The notes beneath the pieces are model-generated. The model saw nothing but the letters and a program-made list of their open reading frames with translations, was not told the DNA's origin and made no database searches. Position numbers and translations under genes: made by a program. Below are positions 34,680 through 42,516 of a DNA stretch of 42,516 bases, piece by piece (within the stretch, counting starts at the first letter, position 1; every line of letters starts with the position of its first letter). This DNA comes from Hydrurus foetidus (Eukaryota), in assembly GCA_900617105.1 (NCBI GenBank), contig UYFQ01000104.1, forward strand, positions 62,001 to 104,516, read 5' to 3'.

Positions 34680-35510
34680 GGCTGTTTCTTGCGCATATGA
34701 AGACTGCCCCGCCAAGGCAGTCTGCTTTCTTTGGCTCACATGCCTCAGATGGTGTATACTCAGCCCGCGCTGCACCTTCAAGGCACAGTGGCTACAGTAT
34801 ACACCAGACGCCACTGTCACACATGCGCAGACAGACACACCCATCAATGCTATGTTGTACGCATTCAAACGATACACATCATTCTTTGCTTACGAAGGGT
34901 GTGGACTCAACATCGGTCTATTTAGATTGAACACAAGAGACTCCCAGAATCCACAAAGCATCAACGCAAACGCACACCACCAACACTACAGTGCCGAAAG
35001 TTCGTGTCAACTTATCACTACTATGATGGCCCACGATTTATGTACAACAATACACCCTCACCTGGCTGGATTGTTCCCCGCGCCGCCATTGCGGTACAGC
35101 CTTCTTGAGTGAATACAATTCAACAGGCTGTTCAAATGCCCGTTGCGTACTTGCACTCGAGAATTTCCTAGCTATTGAGGCCATGCTGCTATTCCACGCT
35201 CCCTTGAAAGGTCTATAGACCACTTGCTGGAACCTCCTCGTATACATCAAACTCGCAATTCAATATAGCTATTGTGGAGGTTCTGAAGAAGTCAGCTCGA
35301 CGAGTGCTGCTGCAGAGCAACTGCGAACTGCTGATCACCCCCCTCGTGTGCCTCGTAGGGTCGATGTGCATCACCCCTGAGGGATTGGCCTTAGCTATCG
35401 CCAACAGTCTGCTGCCCCTCGCTGTGGATATCTTGGTAGACTCTGCCTTCGTGCTACTTCAAGGGAACGGTCTCTCCTAGAACACCATCTCCAGGTGCAC
35501 GCACTCAGCT
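34680..35510 (-). pseudogene. Possible decayed multi-exon gene remnant of unknown family
   Basis: Exon-like blocks are bounded by CAG/GTGAGG-type sites and intron-like low-complexity flanks. The longest frame (LLAIAKANPSG...EFDVYEEVPASGL*TFQGSVE*QHGLNS*EILECKY) is broken by stops. Confidence 0.3.
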
Positions 35511-35529
35511 CTGCTCTGTGGTGGGCTAT

Positions 35530-35730
35530 CACATACTGTGCTGATATGCACCGCGCTGCATCATACTACATTGACTTCCATTGCACTTTTTCATGCTGCA
35601 CCGATCTGCATTGAACTGCACTGACTTGCATCGCACTGCACTGACTTGCATAGAACTGCATGATACTGCACCGACATGCATTGCACTTCATCATGCTGCG
35701 CTGACATGCGCTGCATTCAATCATACTGCA
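35530..35730. repeat. Degenerate (CTGCA)n-type pentamer tract
   Basis: Recurrent CTGCA/TTGCA/CTGAC units. Confidence 0.7.
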
Positions 35731-36285
35731 CGGGATCACGAAACTACACATCCCTAAATGACACACACGCATGACGAACATAACGCGCAAAGAAGCGCGT
35801 ATCAGCGAATCGGAGAAGAACCTTCCGAGAATCCAGACTTTCGAGAATCAAGATATTGCTGCGACTTAATGGAAGATAGTGTCACTGGTGTAGTCGGGTA
35901 GTGTCTATCCACAGCCTGCTTTAACATATCTTGTTGACAGAATTATCTCTAGGTATTTCTTCGGTTGATTTCAGATCATTCGTTTTAGTCAATTATTAAT
36001 TTTTTATTGATCACTCCATAATCCTCGCTTGAATTTCCAAAAAGTCCAAAAAAATGTCGGGAAAACACGGAATAATACCCTATTTTTCGTATCAGTACAT
36101 GTTAACACGTGATATTCCGTATTCCAAATCGAGACGCTTCTCCTTTCTTCTCTCACAGAAAGTATCTTATTCAACCTCGCGTTGAAAAGGGGAAGAAGTC
36201 ATGTCTGTAATAATTGAGTCCATTCTCTTAATTCTCTTACTTATTTTTGACTGATCTTTCACTATTTTTACTTGATTTCCCATCT

Positions 36286-36287
36286 AT

Positions 36288-36330
<43 letters not shown>

Positions 36331-36331
36331 T
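36286..36331. repeat. (TATT)n microsatellite
   Basis: Perfect tetramer run. Confidence 0.9.
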
Positions 36332-37922
36332 TCATTTAATTTTCATCCAATAGGTTATTTTGTTTTATTTGTTACTCTGTGATTTCTATCATTTTACCAT
36401 TGGATTGCGAGCCATTGTTGACTCTCTCTGTCGGAATAGGAAGTTCCTCTTCGATTTTTTATGTCTCATTTCAAAGCACTTCATTTTTATGTTACTTTTT
36501 TAGATAATTCTATTTTTTGAGCGGAAGGACGTGCGGCATCTGATGTTCCTTTAGCTTCGCGGTCTCGCAGGTTTGTCACTAGTATGAAGATTTGATGGGA
36601 GTCGTGAGATCGATTCAAACAATGCCGCTTTTTACTTACAGCATACGATCTGTCGAAACTCCTATACAGCTAACCTCTTCGACTACCAATCTACTTCCAA
36701 GCGGACGGCGAAAGGGCGATCGTCAATCTCCATGACTGTGGTAACGCATCTGAATAATTGCAGGGAAGGAAGCTCTGACACCTCATAGCAATCCTGATGG
36801 AATCTTCATCAGTGGTCATCGCTAATGCTCTTACTTCTGTGATAAATACTGCAGTGTTCACTAAGATCGATTGACAATGTAGTTGAACGCCTCGATTGGT
36901 CGGTGCTGATTTTTAGATTGCGCATAAAATCGAATCAATTGTCCTCTGAAGAGGGTCCATTAAGTCTCCAAGGCTGCTTCACTGAACTTAGCAAACTGAT
37001 CGACGCCTTCCTATGCCGTTTTCTTCTGCTGACAAATCACGATCAACAGTCATGGGAAAATCCTACGCGCACAGATACTATTCACTAGCTGGCTCGACAC
37101 CCCCTCCATTCCTCGAGACAGTGAGAGTGCGGCTTCTTCTTTTACGTCGGCCCTGCAGCAAATCGACTGAAATTCCCAGGAAGTCGACTAAAGAAAAATG
37201 CGACGCTGCTGCAATGATTCGCAAGCACGTGCAGTATATCAAATGCTGCGGTCAAGTTGTGATCGCAGGATTCAAAAGATGTGATGCATGTGTCTAAAGT
37301 AGCTATGCAACGAGACGGATGATAATTATTGGGGTACCAATTTGACTGCTTTTGGAGCAAATAAGGCCGTTTTCCGATCAAATAAAATCAGTCAAATTCC
37401 CGATCAAATAAATCTTAATTTAGACCAAAAAAGTACGAAAAATGGAGCAAATATTTCCAGTCAATTTCGCGATCAAATTAGTACTGATATAAGGGGCAAA
37501 GGTAACCGAAATTGGAACAAATATTGAGGGAATTTTAACTTATTTTTGGAGCAAAACTGACTTCGATTCCTATCAATTTAATTGCGTTTTCTCTCAATTC
37601 GACTACAATTTCCGACTTCTTTGTGGCTAACTGCCCAACTTCAGATATCGCGGCGAAACTCAATTATCTGCAGCCTGGCTCGACGCTGAGGTGAGACCCT
37701 ATGTCAGAAGCAAATGCCCAGTTGGGTTTGATAATGAGCCGAGAGCCGCAATTCCTTCCGATGCTAAAATTTCAGCATAATACAAATCGGATAACTCTCG
37801 CCGCAGCGAGCGCTACAATCAACTATGCAGCCTATCTCGGAACAAAGCGAAGATAATTGGATGATCTATAACGCCGCCGCCGCAGCAGACAACGTAACAA
37901 TCAACTACTCAGGGTATTTCGT

Positions 37923-38124
37923 AGCGAGTCGAGTCGACTTGAATCGAATAGGATTGCTCCCATCGCCGCCGCAGCAATAGTAAACAGCTTACATTCCAAC
38001 CAACTGTACAGTCCATCTTGTTGCGAGTCGAGTCGAGTCGAGTCGAGTCGAGTCGAGTCGAGTCGAGTCGAGTCGAGTCGACTTGAATCGAATAGGATTG
38101 CAGCCATCGCCGCCGCAGCAGTAG
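37923..38124. repeat. (GAGTC)n microsatellite (38024-38081) within a duplicated ~55-bp unit
   Basis: GCGAGTCGAGTCGACTTGAATCGAATAGGATTGC..CCATCGCCGCCGCAGCA occurs at about 37923 and again at about 38023-38120 with the GAGTC core expanded. Confidence 0.9.
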
Positions 38125-38209
38125 CGTTATATCCTAGACAGGTATTTCGTATGTGATCAACTTACTTTTGAAAATGAGAATATTAAAAGTCTTTTTAGAA
38201 ATAACCCAC

Positions 38210-38984
38210 CAATGTGAAGTCAAGCACGAATGGTGTGTTGAATGATTCCTCATCGTCAACACTGACACTTAACGAGCTGTGACTTTCACACCACGATTCC
38301 AAATGATGTGGAGTGGGATTATATATTGACCCATTTTTTTTTGAAAGTCTGAATATAATTATTTAATTTGCGGACTTGCGGATCTGGAGGAAATGCATCA
38401 ATTTCAGATTTAGTTAATAGCCTAGATCTCTTGCTTCGGAATAGCTCTATTATATTTCTGGATGACTTCATTTTCAAAATAAAAGCTTCTTCAACAATAG
38501 CTTTTTGAGATCCACTCAAACCGCATTTATTTGTGCCGGTCACTTCATTACTGTGGATATGAATGCCACTAAAATATGAAATAAAAGGTCCATTGAATGA
38601 GCTTTGCTTGTACTTTTGCTTATATTTGCAGCCTGCACTTCTACACACATAAGTGTGAGAATTGTGGGTTGATGCACCCAGTTTCGATTGATTTGATGCT
38701 TTCGCGTCCACTTTTACTGCCTCTATACTTAAAATTGATTCTGTAGACTCTGGAGAGATACTCCAAGAAACACCTTTGCCACGATACACCTTCTTAGCCA
38801 CATGAGGATACTCATCATCATCATCATTATCATCATCATCATCATCATCATCATCATTATCATTATTATCATCATCATCGTTATAATCATCATCTTCAGT
38901 ATTATTATCGTCGTCGGTAGACTCAGGTGAAGCTGGCTCAGATGTGTCAACATCCTTGAAACCTGTCTCGTCATCGAGATCCAT
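38210..38984 (-). pseudogene. MULE-like transposase N-terminal fragment (acidic tract plus WRKY/GCM1-type Zn finger), frameshifted and truncated
   Basis: YVCRSAGCKYKQKY...FSGIHIH (C-x4-C...H-x-H) is followed by GLSGSQKAIVEEAF and KLNNYIQ. After a frameshift in the A9 run (38334-38342) it continues NPTPHHLESWCESHS...NTPFVLDF. No DDE catalytic region follows. Confidence 0.6.
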
Positions 38985-39368
38985 GAGATTCGATCGAAAG
39001 GTCGACAAGATTTGTTTTACTATTTGATCATGTACACAGTAGTTAGATAAGACTACAGCAAAGTTTGATCAACAATTCGGACATACTTTGAATATTACGT
39101 TACATTTTCATGTCTGAAAGTTGCCTTATAAGTATCTTCCGTTGTAATGAATTGCTCTTATTCCGTCAATTATGACGTATTTTACAGTAAATTTTTGATC
39201 CCGATTTTCATGGGATTATATTTGATCGAATACCGGCAAACTTGAAAAGAATAACGGCAATCTTTTGATCCTGAAAATGACTTATTGAATTTGATAGAAA
39301 AATCGGTCGAATTGGTAATCTAATAAATATATTCCCTTCCGCAGGCTCCTGGTATCATCTAATTCTAT

Positions 39369-39673
39369 TCTTGCCGCTGTCCGGTCGTAAGATACCGTAC
39401 CTCCCGGTTAAACGTCTAGCCTTTCAAGCAACCCTATATCCGGTCGGATACTCTTGATAACTGACTGTTAATCAATTTAGGTGAGTTGTCCTACGGGTGG
39501 CGTCACACGCGCGCCTGCCAGCACCCTCTCACCCTATCCGCGTAGCCACCGACTCAGTCGGCTGCGCTGGCATAGGGTGGACCGTGGACCCAGAGAAGCC
39601 CTTCACCCACCGCTACCTAGGGCGCTACTGGTTGACTCGTCGCCGTTCGCTTTGTTTCCCACTGATCGTATGT
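39369..39673. repeat. 305-bp hairpin-rich interspersed element, copy 2
   Basis: 99% identical to 32617-32921, in the same orientation. Confidence 0.9.
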
Positions 39674-39810
39674 TAGTGTAAACATCATTCGGTAAACATG
39701 TATTCATTTCGCCATATGTTGTATTATATGTTTTTAGTATTCTGTCAATACTGTTTGTGGTCACTTATTTTTTTTCTAATATTTGATATGGAAGTTTTTT
39801 CGTTTTTAAT

Positions 39811-41830
39811 TTATTCGGGTGTTAATTGAGGCCTTTCACAGTAACAGAAAAAGGAATGTTGTGTGTGTGGGCATATGCCTAACTTGTCTCTCATCTTAAT
39901 TTCTCGTACTCGTTTCGGCGTTTTTAAAATGTCTGTTGTTTGTTGTATTTGTTGAATTTCATCAATTTCTGGCGTTGTTTCTTCATTATCTTGTTGCACT
40001 TGGTTAATCGATGTTATTACTATATTTGTTTGTTCATTATTTTCTATTTCATTCTCTTGTTGCACTTGGTTAATCGATGTTATTACTATATTTGTTTGTT
40101 CATTATTTTCTATTTCATTCTCTTGTTGCACTGGGTTAATCGATGTTATAACTATATTTGTCTGTTCATTATTTTCTATTTCATTTTCTAATTGAACTTG
40201 GTTAATCGAAGTTGTTGTTTTATGTAATTGCTCATTATTTTCTATTTCATTTTCTGATTGATGATTAATCGAAGTTATTGCTTCCTCTGGTGCTGTATTA
40301 GTAATAGGATTTTGTTTTTATGCAATGAAATCTCGAAATACCTCGTTTATTTGTCGTTGGATTTCTTTTTTTTCGTTAGGGGAGATTTTCTCATACAATG
40401 TCAGAAAGCTTTTGAGCCAGGTGTCTTCGTTGTTCACCTCTTCCGTGTTTTCATTATTATTATATTCGATTCTGTCTTTATCATCAATCTGTGTTGGTTC
40501 GTTTGTTTATTATCAGTATATTTGTTGTTATTCTTTTGCTTCTGATATTGCATTGTTACCTCGTATACTCGTTGTTCTTCTGTTTCTTTTCGTTTATCGG
40601 TCGTGGTTGTGTGCTCTTCTTCATCTTCTTCTTCGGCTTCGCTTTCGTCAATCTATGTTTGGTGTAGTTTGGAGCATCGTAAGTTTTGCTGTTACAATTT
40701 AATGTTTGAGTGAGGGTTGCATTGTTACCTCATTTTCTCGTTGTTCTCCAGTTTCTTTTCGTTTATCGGTCGTGGTTGTGTGCACTTCTTCATCATCTTC
40801 TTCGGCTTCGCTTTCATCATTTGAGTTGTCATGCTGAGTGCAGTTTTAAATTTATTGTTAGTCTGTCGTAATTTGTATTAGTGTATTTCTTTGTTTACCT
40901 TAGTCTTTCGTTGTTTTCTCTTAGGTTCTTTAGCTGTCGCCTGTATTGTATGGAAAGATTAGGAATGTTTGACGATTATTGTGGCATAAGGAGGTGTTAT
41001 TACCTTCGGACTTGATATTCTCTTTTGTTTCCGCTGCGCAGAAATTCTGTCGTTGTCTGTGTTTTTTCTTACGATATGATCTGGTATCGTCTTTCCTGTT
41101 GAGCGGTGTAGGAAGCGCTCGTACTGGTTAGTATTGTTTCTGGTGTAGTCCCCTAGATATATATTTACGTGGTTGAGTCTTTGCCCCGCGAGAGCATCCT
41201 TAACTGACGTCTGGAGTTACAATAAGTCATTGTTAGTTGATATCGAGTTGGACGTGTTTAATGCTTTCGTGAAAACTTTACCAGTAGTGGCTCCTCTAGC
41301 TTTGGGATCTTTAAGATGGTCGTTCCCCAGCAAAATGTTGTGATCGTCTGAGTTGAGGCTCTCGGCGCTTTTTGAATCTTGTCTCTGTTATATATCGTGC
41401 ATGATAGTGAGGTTCTGACTGAACATTGAGTAATTGTAGCATGTATCTACTTACAGAATGTCCTCTAATTCTATCTTGCGTTTCTTTCCAGCTTTATTCT
41501 GCGCTGCGAATTTCGCCACGGCATAGGTCATACAGAGAATATTGTTTCCTTCGCCTTTGGTTTTTGTTGGTTTCGCCTTGAGGAAACTCTCGTAGAAGTA
41601 TTGATTTGGTTTCAAGTTTCTTATGATGGAGTCCTTTCTTGATTCATTAGTCCAAATTTCACTGAACGATTCTATCCGTGCTTCGTTTTCATTAAACATT
41701 CCATTAGGTCTGTGAAGATGTCAGCACCACCAACAAGTTGTATCAATTGTCTTGCCTGAGGTGTGTCAGGAATTTGAATTCCGCGAGTTCTATCAATATA
41801 TCTAATCGTTACGTCCCGTGCTTGCGACAT
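39811..41830 (-). pseudogene. Disrupted 7-exon orphan gene (acidic repeat-rich C-half, terminal C-x-H...C-x-C motif), possibly transposon-associated
   Basis: GT-AG exons with consistent phases: 41830-41455, 41414-41282, 41210-41004, 40940-40899, 40833-40729, 40652-40560, 40488-39811. The model needs one frameshift near 41700 and contains an in-frame TAA at 40320-40318. Confidence 0.6.
39989..40272. repeat. 66-bp coding minisatellite, about 4.5 units (QQENEIENNEQTNIVITSINQV on the minus strand)
   Basis: Units start at 39989, 40055 and 40121, with diverged units near 40187 and 40253. Confidence 0.9.
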
Positions 41831-42516
41831 TGAATTCGTGCTGTGACTAGATGACTTTTGAAAAGGCTTCTTGTGGAGGTCATATGATGCCTCTATGCAG
41901 CAGGTGTGCTTGAAGCATACAGCTTACAGTTACGTCAGCTGTCAGCGTAACAGTTGCCGTCATTACGTAAGTCTTATTCTGGACTTCGTATTGTAAAACT
42001 CATACTGTTTCTACAGTGAATATTTATACTTTGTACAAATTCTCATCGTTTTATATGAGCCTGGTATCCGTATTTGACGGGAGAAAAAACAGAGTTAGAT
42101 ACAGCTGCAAATTGTAAGCCATCTAGCACAAAAAAAAGTCTGGTATGTTTCCACGAAAAATATGTGTATGTGTTGGACTATTTCAAAAAAAAATTGAGAA
42201 AGATCATATCTCACCAAATTTTCCGATTTAAAAAAAATTGAAATGACGAAAAGTCTTATAATTATGGGTTGTATCTATATGCGTAAAGTTAGTTTGGACA
42301 ACAAAAAATAATGTGCTGGACCATTACAAAAAACAGTTAGAAAATGCCATATCTTCGTCATTTCTTCGAATTATCCTTCCATTAGGATCGCAGTAGTGTA
42401 AACGCATCTTTTGAGTCTAAAACATCGTTTTCTGTAATATTGTGTTCACACATTGATTTGAGCCCATTACCCACGTGTGTTGATGACTCCCGCACTGATT
42501 TTTGAGGTTGTATAGT

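Larger units (their letters stand above)
37331..39321 (-). mobile_element. Degenerate, internally deleted Mutator-like (MULE) DNA transposon
   Basis: Imperfect inverted ends: left GGGGTACCAATTTGACTGCTTTT versus right (reverse complement) AGATTACCAATTCGACCGATTTT. Subterminal GATCAAA motifs are repeated on + at the left and as TTTGATC at the right. The element encloses a transposase-like N-terminal fragment. No clean TSD was found. Confidence 0.6.

Noticed and set aside
36500..37300. Moderately GC-rich, exon-like stretch with GTAAGT-type sites on the minus strand
   Set aside because: All frames are broken by stops and no family is recognisable, so it is too weak to call.
32617..39673. The two 305-bp direct repeats as paired LTRs of one 7-kb retrotransposon
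   Set aside because: There are no TG..CA ends, TSD, PBS/PPT or gag/pol remnants between them, and the interior is a patchwork of unrelated pieces.
40318..40320. In-frame TAA/TAG as evidence of a reassigned genetic code
   Set aside because: The 4513 dynein codons contain no in-frame TAA or TAG, and bL33 and the plastid protein terminate at TAA.

Overview
Eukaryotic, intron-containing DNA, most likely from a flagellated photosynthetic stramenopile (ochrophyte, chrysophyte-like). This is inferred from an axonemal dynein plus a bipartite signal/'ASF' plastid-targeting peptide. Bases 1-24604 (+) hold a 5'-truncated outer-arm gamma-type (DNAH5/8/ODA2-like) dynein heavy chain. I threaded it by hand through 26 exons and 25 GT-AG introns (4513 codons plus stop, no frameshifts); the introns are rich in pentamer microsatellites. 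Three small genes follow: organellar bL33, a plastid-targeted Psb34/Ssl1498-like membrane protein, and EMC5/MMGT1. A Tourist/PIF-like MITE sits just upstream of EMC5. From about 30.8 kb the window is an accessory, rearranged zone. It contains a spliced Crinkler-like HNH nuclease gene, two 99%-identical copies of a hairpin-rich 305-bp element, and a mosaic of locally duplicated fragments ending in a telomere-type CCCTAACCCTAA junction. It also contains decayed gene remnants, a degenerate Mutator-like element and a disrupted 7-exon orphan gene. No tRNA, rRNA or CRISPR array was found.
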